DNA of 47,992 nucleotides, counting the filler, from Catajapyx aquilonaris (Eukaryota), in NCBI GenBank assembly GCA_000934665.2. It is 2 parts of 2 records of this genome, joined end to end, with 100 filler letters (N's around TTAATTAATTAA, not from the genome) between each part and the next. Parts side by side here need not be neighbours in the genome. Positions count along the whole stretch, not along the records: positions 24,048 to 47,992 come from JYFJ02005594.1; 1 more part is not named here. One strand, given 5' to 3'. The position numbers were made by a program, and so were the translations under genes. Positions 37,593 to 47,992 of the stretch are shown piece after piece (the first letter of the stretch is position 1; each line of letters starts with the position of its first letter). The notes below the pieces were generated by a model. The model did not search any database. It was not told where the DNA came from and was given only the letters and a program-made list of their open reading frames with translations.

Positions 37593-38721
37593 TCTATATC
37601 TATATTTTAGTTCGTTTGTTTGTGAGTTTGTTTGTCCCTTATAGAAATACAGGGGAAGGTCCATACACCGCCTTAAATTAGCATATCGGGGGTTACATTT
37701 TTCAAGGAATTTAACGCCGCATGTTTCAGCCCCCGAAAATGAACCTCACTCCCACAACACGCATATTCCCGAATCTTCTCACTACTCGGGCCTCAATAAT
37801 TAACTTACATCAACATCAATAACAATATATCAATTCGCATTCCCATGCAAATGCCCTTATGCAACAATACCTAGCAAATTAAAACATCGCATCGCCGTAA
37901 ATATATTCGACGCATCCACCAATATTATTACGCTAATTGGCCACCTCACGTGAGTTCGTATCGTATGGTCATTCCGGGATTTTGTGGGATTTGAAAGTAG
38001 ACTTCCAGACAAAAATAAATACAATAAAATAATACAGTATTTACAAAATAATATCACTCCGTGTTGAAAACATTTCCCACCATGCATCTGTAGGTACATT
38101 TCTAAAGTTCTTCAGAGCAAACATATGGAACGAGGCGGAGGTCTGAAGTGGGGCTAGGGGGGAGTCAAGGGGTCAAAAATGCGGGGAAAAAACACATGGC
38201 TGTGCAGTCTTTTCCTGGGCCAACTCCATCCGCATTCCTCTTTTCACACATCAAATCAGAATATCTGTGTCGACTATAAGCTATAAGAGAAGCAGGTCAT
38301 CTATCACAGATAGTGACTAACTTTGGCTTATTGCAATTTTTTTTTGAAAACCCCAACATGCAGTGCTGGACAAATTAGCCGTCGCTGAATGTTTTTTTCC
38401 GTCGGCGACGGCGCTTCGTTACCTCTCAACCTTGTCCGGCGGGCCAATTCAAACATCAGCACATGGAGAGTGCTTCCATTGTTGCCACTGTTTACAAATC
38501 GAGTGAGTGCGCAGGCAGAAGAGACCCGTCGCTGGGTCGTCCGCGTCACTCACTCGATTTGTAAACAGTGGCAACAATGGAAGCGCTCTCCATGTGCTGA
38601 TGTTTGAATTGGCCCGCCGGACAGGGTTGAGAAGTAACGCCGCCGCCGCCGGAAAAAAAAACATTCAGCGACGGCTAATATGTCCAGCACTGTACCCGGG
38701 CAACGCCGGGTAACCTGCTAG
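37593..38721 (+). mobile_element. Non-autonomous Helitron
   Basis: A|TCTATATCTATAT start with (GTTT)n-like repeats, 3' hairpin CCCGG-GCAACG-CCGGG, CTAG|T end; inserted between A and T with no TSD. Confidence 0.85.
38361..38692. mobile_element. 332-bp palindromic Tc1/mariner-type MITE
   Basis: CAGTGCTGGACA...TGTCCAGCACTG|TA, near-perfect ~148-bp arms around a short loop. Related copies at 23811 and 47846. Confidence 0.9.
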
Positions 38722-38984
38722 TTTCCTATAAAAAATTTAGTGATTTTTAAATAAAAATTTAGTGATTTTTAAATAAAAATTTAGTGATTTTTTAATTCAT
38801 AAAAATTACCGCGGGCACGCGCGACCCCCAGGTTGAGAACCACTTCTATATACGCTTTCTAATTAAAGCCCATTGTATAGGCCTATAGGGTAGTGCCAAA
38901 GGTGGACCCTTTTCGGATTTTTGGAAGTTTTACACGTAAAATATATTATTGTCCTCCATTAGGGATATTTCGGTTCCATTTCGG

Positions 38985-39443
38985 AGATAATAGCTAATTA
39001 TTTTTTTAAATCGCTCAACATAGTGATAGGGCTCATCCTGCATGCCAGGCCACCCATGTAGCAGAAATGTTAGGCGGGTCGTCCGGAGTGCAGGATGAGC
39101 CCTATCACTATATATATGACGGGCGATTAAAAATTTAATTAGGTATTATCTACCTAATTAGGTCAAAATAAATAAATTCAACTAGGGTAATTTCCTCTTA
39201 GTTTGCAAGTACTATACGTCTAAATCCGAGACAACATGCTGCTTATCTATATGGTTATAAATGCATATTTTATGACTAATCATGAAAATCATCGAAACTA
39301 CGGTGCAAAAAACCAAACGCCGATCTGACGTCATCGTCACATAACAATATGAGTAAACATTGTCAACGAAAAGAACATTGTTTACTCATATTGTTGCATG
39401 AGAACAACATGACGACGTCAGATAGTCGTTTCGTTTTCTGCAC
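38985..39443. repeat. Two neighbouring imperfect palindromes (MITE-like)
   Basis: Perfect 23-bp arms 39020-39042/39089-39111 with weaker outer arms. A second hairpin spans 39303-39443 with 17-bp inner arms 39343-39359/39379-39395. Confidence 0.75.
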
Positions 39444-41099
39444 TATAGACTCACCTATAGAGGGGTTCGCCGTCCTTATCCTTAAACCACAGAACCATAG
39501 CCAGGTGATCGTCTCTCCTGGGCGGTGTCACATCACATGGGAGTTCCACACGCTTTCCAATCACTCCTTGCACGTCTGCTATGGGAACTGCAATCAAACA
39601 AAAACAAATACGATAAACGCTGGTACTATATTATCATCTTGCCTGACACGACGGCTAACTTCAGACTACCATTTACATGCTAGTCGTATTTTCATATCAT
39701 GTACTGTACGTTACTAGGTCATTAAGAAGAACGAAGTTTGAATAATTATTCGGTTACCATGTATAGGTTGTCATTGGGGCGCGGTCTCCATAAGAGGATG
39801 GGGAGGGAAAGTGAAAAGTTTGATTGATTGAAGGACTGAATGAAAAGTGACAAACAGATGATTCAGGAAATGGCTACAAACCTTTTGTTTGCAACCCGCT
39901 CCCGGACCCCTGATTTCCTTGGCGACACGGAACAAAAGGAACTTGTTCCACCACTCCCTCCTACCCTGATGAATTAATCTCTGCGGATTCATTCCTGGGG
40001 CTTTCCTCGAACTGTTTTAAGCATTTACTACTTTTAAACAAAAATATCACCACCTCTAAGTTAATAATATTCAGTACCTTTTCCCTCAACTAAGTAAATA
40101 ATTAAAGACCTCCAGTAATCACCTATGAATAACACTCTGGGCTAAGAAGGGGTTATACCTATAGAATTGCACTGTGAAGGAGAGGGGAAGCACATTTCCC
40201 GGTGCTATACAGCATCATTACATTACCCGTCGTGCAAATTGCCAGGGGTTCCAAGTGTCCAAATCGAATCCGCTTAAATGTGGTTGTGCCAAGTTGCGAA
40301 AATGTGCCCTACTTTGTACACCGTTTGCCAGATGGAAACAAATCTGGGCTTTGTCACTCCCCAACTTGATCGTTGTGAATGCGATCAGCCGTCTATAGAT
40401 TTGAAAAAGTGGCGGCACCTGACGCCACACCACGTGATAAAAATTAACTGCACTACATGTTTTTGCATTTATTAACTATAATTCTCTAAAAAGGAGGTCC
40501 TTATGCTGGTTCCACTCAGTGAGATACACAAGCGTAATGGAATAGGAATTTTTATCGGTATCATGCAGAGTGGAGTAGTAGTCTACATGAGCGGCAGTTG
40601 GCACGCACATCAATTTTCGGCACCTGACGTGGAACTACGCCCTCCCCTCTTGTAAGGCGAGTGCAGAAGCTACTTGGACGGCAGCCCTGTCCCTGCTCAA
40701 ACTTTCCACGGACTTGTGGAACACCCCGTAGTTAGTCAACTTAGGAAAGTTTACGCTTCAGCCAAGCGCATTCAAGTTAGTCGATGTGCGACATGAAACT
40801 GCGCGAAACTTGATGCATGGTGTCGGTAATGAGTGTTGCATGACACTATTCAATTATTTAAACAGTTCTGGAATAATCGATGTATTTCTATGTGATCATA
40901 GCCCGTTAATGACGGAATAGGTGTGTAAAAATAATATTGACGGATTTGATTACGTCAAACGCATGCCGAAGCGACAGACGCATTGCCAGCACGTGAAAAT
41001 ATTGATGGCGGTAATATATCAGGCGCAATTATACAGTATCAGTTGGTGCCTACATTAACTTTTGAGTTTAAAAATGCACTCTGAGGGTCAGTCACCTAT

Positions 41100-41100
<1 letters not shown>

Positions 41101-41172
<72 letters not shown>
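41101..41172. repeat. (TAA)n microsatellite, 24 units
   Basis: Perfect TAA run followed by degenerate (TTTA)n; may be a retroelement tail. Confidence 0.95.
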
Positions 41173-41173
<1 letters not shown>

Positions 41174-42499
41174 TTTATTTCAATATTTATTTTTATTTAT
41201 TTATTTATTTTTATTCATTTATTTAAACATAGCCTACTCAATAATAATGGATTTTGTTAATGCGAGAGTCCTGAGAAACTATATCCTCATGAGAAACTCG
41301 AGATTTCAACGGTGCTTAAGTTCGATTATGAACGATTCCTTCAAAGTGATTACTTGTACAACAATCCAGGTATATAATTCTAATATTATAAAGGAAGGTT
41401 TTCATTTGGTGTCCTTACTATTGTTGGGCTCTAAAAAACCGCATCAATGGCGCAAGAAACTTTTTTGTCCTGGTCCAAAGCACCAGAAAGTGAAAAGAAG
41501 AGGTAAGAGGACAGTTATTCCACTTCTTTTCTTTCATGAAAATTTATACCTGAGTTTGCACCGTTCTTTTTGATTTAAAGCGGCAGTTTTCTCGGTCGGT
41601 TTCTCCTTACCTCGACCTCCACCTCCCAATCTCCATCCTGGCGAGAAAAGTGCCAAAAAATGCACGTCTGCGATGATGTATTGTAAACGTGGCAAGTAGA
41701 GACCTACACATTCCACTGAAACTCACCCAATGCTTGCATTTTATTTACACTGCAATATTTATCTTTCTAAATTAACGGGCATTCACAAAACCAGGAATGA
41801 TGTCGTAGCCTCCTTGTATCCTCTCAAAACTGAAATGTTCGCACTGCAAATATTTTGCTGCTGAACTCCAGCACTCTTCCTGAAGAGCAAAACGATGCCG
41901 AGGAGAAAATATTGTGTATATTACTAGTGTCTGTATAATTATGGAAGGTACTAGGTCTATTATACTTAGTGCAAACGAAGACGTTGACTTTGCAACTCCA
42001 TTCTTCATAACAGTAATGTGTAGTCTATAATAATTATTTGTGAGAAAGAAATTCCGTTTCTTAACTCTCATTCCACAACACAATAGTAATAAATAAATAA
42101 TAATATGTTTATTCTGCTCGGGAGAATCTCATATGCAGGGGGAAGAACCCCGTTAATATAATACAATTATTTCAAATAATATATCTGTGTCACTCCAATA
42201 CATTTAACAGTTATAAACTGATGAGGATATGCTAATCTACATGTAGGTGGGGATCAAGAGAGAAAAAGAAGAAAAAGTGGCAATAAACCTATGAATTAGT
42301 GAAGTTTAGTATTAGGATTGCCAAGGTAAAAGTTAATCTTAACAATCAGAGTGGAAGGGGGGGGATCCGGATTTACACAAAGAGTTCTGCTATAATGATA
42401 AATATACCTAGAGGAAGTACTACCTATCCTTTCCCATTAGCCAGGCTGAGGCAGCCGCCATCTTTACTTAGGTAATATTGTATTCTGACAGTTGTCTAG

Positions 42500-43017
42500 C
42501 AAATACGAAGATTAATTCCGTAAATTAACTAGTACCCTTGTGATTTGGATGGGGATATTGTATGAAAAATAAGCCTCACGCGAGGGAGTTTTTTGTGCGG
42601 CGTCATTTTGGTATCTAAAAGAGTCCCCCAATTTTGCATAATCGTTTTGGATGGTGACATTATGTATTGGGTTGTCAACGTGACTGCTGCAGCTAAGGAT
42701 GGCGAATTCGACCGATGGTCCCATGTACTGCCTGCTTTTGACAAGAGCGAGTCGACTTTGTTAATCCAGTTAGTTTTGTACAGTTTTAATCTCTTCTTCA
42801 CCGCATAATCGAAGCATCTCTTCGGTAACCGGTAATCTGACACGTTTGTTAGTCTGATCAGCAATTTAAGCATAATTTTGAAGATATTGATCGATAAAGG
42901 TCTGCGGCCAGATTTTAAGCGTTTAAAGTGAATTTGCCGTGTTACATTCCACAATACAATACAATCTATAGTCTTGAGAACATGATAGTCTGCTATAGAT
43001 GAAAGCTTCAAAAACAT
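42500..43017 (-). mobile_element. Degenerate LINE ORF2 C-terminal remnant
   Basis: Translations GRRPLSINIFKIMLKLLIRLTNVSDYRLPKRCF...KTNWINKVDSLLSKAG and, frameshifted, EAYFSYNIPIQITRVLVNLR resemble post-RT regions of non-LTR retrotransposons. Recognised by eye only. Confidence 0.55.
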
Positions 43018-44957
43018 TCATCTTGTGCTCCCACATAATCATTAGCCTACTATTCTCGTACGAGTACATTTTATTCATCAATAATGTCAGTGAATATTTG
43101 TGAATTGCAGTTAACTTTAATAATGCATTGGGAACAGCTGAAAATATTCGTCAATATTTTGTGTGTGTAGAGTAATACAATTTTTTGCGTAAATTGTTTT
43201 GCTGGAATAGGGCATATTCTCGTTAGGCATGAAATTTCAACCGTGTCTGCATTCTGGTGAATATAATTTTTTTGTATAATCAGCTAGAAGTTTATTTCAC
43301 TCCCAAAATTAAGATAAAAGCAAGTATGGAATTAACGAAGTGAAGAACTAAAATGCAGAACTCTCAGAATTACAATAAAATTAGTTCAGAAGAAGTGCAT
43401 GTGATAATTGATTTAAGTCTACATAGTAACTTACTACGTCTTGTCTCTTACGCCATGGAGTCCATATTTCACTTGCTTTTCCTACAGGGTGAGTCAATGG
43501 TATCATTAATTTTGACCTTTTGAAGTACCATACTTGAATGACGTACAGTACCACATGGTTAAGGTACTGACAGTGGGGGGTAAAAGAAGTGGCTCGATAG
43601 CGTGTAATAATTGAATGCGCGAATTGGGCAGTTGGAAAAACAGGAGTTATTATTTTGTTATCGTACCTGCTTTCGTCGGAGAGCATGCTAAAATTGGTGC
43701 ATGCATTATAAAATAGTTGTGCGGAAAAAAGGGCAGGGGAGGGAATAATGAAACTGCATGAAGAGAATGGGGGCATGCAACCGCATCATTCCGGGCTGAA
43801 GCCATTTCCAGTATGACAGAAGGCTAACCCACGTGGTGGAAATGTTACTGCCTATTGATCTGACCAACACGTTTTTGTGCATTGGTGCAATGCACACATG
43901 CTGGGTGACTAGTGAAGCCTGTAGCAAATTAGGATACCACCCTGATCAATTTATACAATTGAACATAATATTATTACAGGGCTCGTACAACCGCATGACG
44001 AACATTAGTTTGTAGAATGGCCCTCTGCTGTCGTGCCGTCAATATGGTGGATATCAGATCAAAAGCAGCCAAATCGACAAAACGAAACGTTAATCAAATT
44101 GAGACGAACCTACTCTGATATCTTTTTATTGTAATTTTATGGGGGAAGATATTTTTGTCCTCTCGATACTCCATTCATATGCGGCAAAGTAAATATAGAA
44201 ATATCCACAACGTCAAAAACTATGTCTCATCTGCAATAGTTTCTTACCGTATCACGTATAAAATGTTTCTCATTCATTAGTGTCGTAATCTGACCCTTTG
44301 TGTACATTGAGCAGTATTTTGAGACACCCTGTGTAGCAGCCATGCTCAGCAGAGAGAGCTGGAGGGAGAGAGAGAGAAAGCTACCTCTCACTAAACTCTT
44401 TTTTCCACCATGCAGTGAAGACAGGTAGGATCAAGGTGAGGTTCTGGGGAAAATCCATTAAACCTGAGCCATCTCGCCCCAGAGTAGAATATTTTCCAGG
44501 TGAAATAATCAATATATCCCAGTGCTTAAGTCTGGTTGCAAAAACATGCAGCGATACTCGGCCGTTCCACTTTCAGAACACGAAAATTCCATTCATGTAC
44601 TGTACAGTTTAGAGGGAGAACTATCTTATCAGACATGTAACAGACGTCCCCAGTAACCTCCCTTAACCTCCTCCATAGTGCTGCCTCGACACCTATTGCT
44701 CAGATTTCGCGCTGGATATGGATGTTTCCTGCCTATTACGCTCTCGATTTCTCATCCCTGTGCGGAATCACGCTACAATAACGGGCTAGGTATTTCCTTC
44801 GCCGTTTTTTCCAGAAAGATAAAGTGTTCGACTTAAATTTTCGAAGAAAAAGTGCAGGTTACAGAGAGTGAAAACTTTGCCAAGTTTGTGTCTGTAAGAA
44901 ATGGCAGTTTAAACATGCAGGCAACAATTTATGCGGTTCTTCTTGTTGACTTTGTGT

Positions 44958-45057
44958 CATCTGATGTTTAACGACGTTTCCTATAGGAAACGTCGTTAAA
45001 CATCAGATGTCAGTAAAAATTATTGGAAAGTATACTCTCCAATAATTTTTACTGACA
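44958..45057. repeat. Two back-to-back loopless palindromes (52 bp perfect; 50 bp with one mismatch)
   Basis: CATCTGATGTTTAACGACGTTTCCTA|TAGGAAACGTCGTTAAACATCAGATG (44958-45009) and TGTCAGTAAAAATTATTGGAAAGTA|TACTCTCCAATAATTTTTACTGACA (45008-45057). Confidence 0.95.
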
Positions 45058-45264
45058 ACATAAATATTAGGCAAAGTTTGCACGCTATTTTCTACTGGAA
45101 GAGGTGATAATAAATTATTCTCACCTTATCATAGCGTTATAGAATGTGTCATTATTTTATGGTCAATATTTTAACACAATTTTTAAACCCACTTTATAAT
45201 TATTTAAATCAAAAGTCAACTCATAGAACTAACCAGAGCGTCTGCAAAATGATGTAAATAATTA

Positions 45265-46219
45265 CACTAGGGAACAAACTTGAACTTATTTTTGGCCCAT
45301 ATACAGCATGAATGTGCGATTCGTATTGTATTTTTTGCGTTGATTTCAAATATATTAACCATAATCATCTATCACGTACAGCTTTCGAGTAATCAGCATT
45401 TTATTGTAGCAATGATCGACAAAATTGCAATTATTTTGGCGCATGTACATGAATGTGCGATTCCTATTGTAGGCCTACTCTCTGTCTTGATTTCAAATCT
45501 GTTAACCATTTGACTCTATCGCATATAGTTTTTGAGTAATTGGCAATTTTACAGTAAAAAAGTAATTCATTTGTATTACCTACCGATCAACAAAATTAAA
45601 ATCTTTCCGGCACATGTACATAAATGTGCAATTCTTATTGTACTCTTTGTGCTGATTTCAAATATGTTAACCGATATTTTCTATAACCTCCAGTCTTTGA
45701 GTTTGGCATTTTACGGTATCAAAAAACCTCTAATATAGGTTCGAGTCATACACTTTGAAATAAATTTTTGCGTATGTAATGACTAATAGGGCTTAGTATG
45801 GATTAGTTGTGTATTCCCCCATGGTAACAGATACACCAAAATCCTCATATGGAATCGTGTTTACAAAAAAATATGCATACGGTGACAATGAGCAATGTGC
45901 AGTAATTCTAGAAAACAAGGTATACGCTTGTTACAAGAAAATGGATGCCGATATTAAAATCGTGACTTCATATTCACAATCAGCGCATTCGAATCCATGG
46001 TAAAAAGTGAAAATGGCGCAATTAACAAAACCATTGTTGACCATATGTTAGTCATATTGATCAATGGGCAGTATACTTTTGGCAAAATAAGGTATATGGC
46101 TGTTACAGAAAAAATTGAGGGTGATGGATACTTTCTGACTTCATATTCGGAATCAGCGCGTGTGAATGCATTAGAAACAGCTAAAATTGGTCACGGGCCA
46201 AAAACCTTGTTGACTAGTG
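45265..46219. mobile_element. Non-autonomous CMC-superfamily (Chapaev3/CACTA-like) element
   Basis: TTA|CACTAGGGAACAA...TTGTTGACTAGTG|TTA: CAC termini and a 3-bp TTA TSD. Three internal ~150-bp tandem repeats (45288-45730) and a duplicated TGACTTCATATTC..AATCAGCGC motif. Confidence 0.65.
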
Positions 46220-46291
46220 TTACCGGACAATAACGTACTTTCACTATAGTGAATAGGTGTCAGTTATGTATCCATACTATCCTACAAAATA

Positions 46292-46549
46292 TGAGGGGCT
46301 CCCAACAAGAGTGGTTCAAGTCACAAAATGTTGTTTCCGATAAAAAGGGACCTAAAGTTAACACTTTGCACTGAAGTCATATATGTGATCAAATATGAAT
46401 CTTTGCGGTTCAAGTCGTTCAGGAATTTTTCTGCACAACAACCAGTAGATATTGCACGTGAAAGATGGTATCGGCACGATGCCAATGGTATATATACAAC
46501 TTTTTATTTATTTTTTGTCACTTGAACCATTCTTGTTGGGAGCCCCTCA
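46292..46549. mobile_element. 258-bp mariner-type MITE
   Basis: TA|TGAGGGGCTCCCAACAAGAGTGGTTCAAGTCACAAAA with a 37-bp inverted copy (2 mismatches) ending CCCCTCA|TA. Confidence 0.9.
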
Positions 46550-46550
46550 T

Positions 46551-47574
46551 ATGGCTTCAATGGCCTTATGGCTTAAATTTCCAGCGCAGGCGACACCAGT
46601 GGAGAGAATTTCCGCCATGTCGTGTGGCGCCTGATTGCCATCAGCGTTTCCGACTCAAAAGACGCGTAGGAATTTAAGCGACGGACATTCCGCCTACATG
46701 TAATGGAGAAACGTGAGGCGGAAGAAGCCGGCAGGTGAAGCACGTCCTATCTACCTGAACGGTTTTCCTCGTATGAAAACCCTGCCAGGTAACCAGCCTA
46801 TTAGGCCATGTGTCTGCACTCTCTATTTTACATAGCTAAGCAAGAGTGGTTGCTTGGGGCAGATGAAGTGCATGTGATTATTCTACTTTTTTTGTGGCAC
46901 TCAGCAGGTGAGAGTCACCTCCTGGCTAACATGCTGCGAATATTTCCTTCCCTAGCAAGCATTGCCATCAAGAGGCAATGTCCCGAGTTCCCTGAATACA
47001 CTCGGTCCACTTCCTGCAGAGGGATCAAGAAGATGTCAAAAGGAGGTTGGGCCGATTCCCACCATAAATCCGATGAGAAGGGAGCCTTGTGGGAAAAAAG
47101 AGTCTGCGGTCATTGTAAGCCATCGGGAGCTTCAGTCCTAATCCTCCAGCCTTGAATTTTTCTTCCGGAAAACTGCCGTAGCCTAGATAGTCATGGCGAC
47201 GCTCATAAATTGCATTTTTTATGTATGTAAAACCGATGGAGTAAACAGAAAAGAGGCAATTGGTGACACTTCCCAAACCCGTGGTTTCCAATATTCCTTT
47301 GGCTGCCATTAATCATGAACCCCAGCAGGTTGATAATAAAAAAGAGCTTGTTGCTAATGTGGTGCACCTGGACGCTTTGGCCAAGTCAAATCCCCCAAGC
47401 ATCATTAATCTTTCGTATGGCAACGACCTCGCAATAAATATTGTGAGGCCAACCTGTCTTTCACTCGCATTTATATTTCATTGCCAGTCAGATTGTTCTC
47501 TGGTTCTTTTTCACACACTTGGACACAGGAGCATCAAGAAACATGTCACGCGCTGATAGATTCTTTCAGGCCAT
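46551..47574. promoter_or_regulatory. Candidate cis-regulatory block / Polycomb response element
   Basis: 12 GCCAT/ATGGC cores in about 1 kb of non-repetitive, GC-richer sequence, plus homeodomain-type motifs. Function is inferred. Confidence 0.35.
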
Positions 47575-47845
47575 GAGATATGTTGGCAAACAAGCTGGTC
47601 AAGATGTGCAGCGGATTTAATGAGACCACTATGTGTCCAGGTACTGTACATCGTCGAATGGATATCTATTAGGAAGCAGTGAAGGCTGATCCAACCTTGT
47701 TAAGGTCCGAGAGCCCACATTGCTCCGCAATTTATTAACAATAAATAATGTCGAATGGATAGCGTTCACTTTTCTTGCACTTGAGTCAAATGCAAAATCG
47801 TCTCTATCTTTTTGGGCGATATAGTACATAATATATTATACTGTA

Positions 47846-47992
47846 CAGTGATGGACATATTAGCCGTCGCTGAATGTTTTTTTTCCGGCGGCGGCGTTAC
47901 CTGGCAACCCTGTCCGGCGGGCCAATTCAAACATCAGCCCATGGAGAGCGCTTCCATTGTTGCCACTGTTTACAAATCGAGTGAGTGAGTGC
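47846..47992. mobile_element. Left arm of another copy of the 38361-38692 MITE (runs off the window)
   Basis: TA|CAGTGATGGACATATTAGCCGTCGCTGAATG...TTTACAAATCGAGTGAGTG is nearly identical to the arms at 38361-38692. Confidence 0.9.

Larger units (their letters stand above)
37479..38845. mobile_element. hAT (Buster/Charlie-like) MITE split by nested insertions
   Basis: TIRs CAGTGGTTCTCAACC / GGTTGAGAACCACTT. Exact 8-bp TSD CTATATAC at 37471-37478 and 38846-38853, with TA at positions 4-5. Confidence 0.9.

Noticed and set aside
38328..38713. Pairs of near-identical ORFs on opposite strands
   Set aside because: A consequence of the palindromic MITE; the same applies to the ORFs at 34097 and 34632.

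Overview
AT-rich, transposon-dense animal genomic DNA, arthropod by its protein sequence. The only supportable host gene is the last coding exon of the Hox gene Abdominal-B on the minus strand (19221-19561), which carries an intact homeodomain and the upstream PLEW motif. I found no upstream Abd-B exon, and a 100-bp artificial gap linker at 23948-24047 makes contiguity beyond that point uncertain. About 9.7-21.4 kb is almost free of recognisable transposons and probably holds a long 3' UTR (candidate poly(A) signals at 15034 and 12021). That region contains miR-92 and miR-iab-8 seed matches and a fully pairable 73-nt tRNA-like cloverleaf in the mRNA sense. The flanks hold many non-autonomous elements: palindromic MITEs (Tc1/mariner, piggyBac, hAT, pogo, Chapaev-like), a Helitron, DINE-1/HINE-like elements, a complete tRNA-derived SINE and a LINE remnant. 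They include a triple nest and back-to-back loopless palindromes. A dense GCCAT (Pho/YY1 core) cluster at 46.5-47.6 kb is a candidate Polycomb response element. All calls were made by eye, with no database searches.
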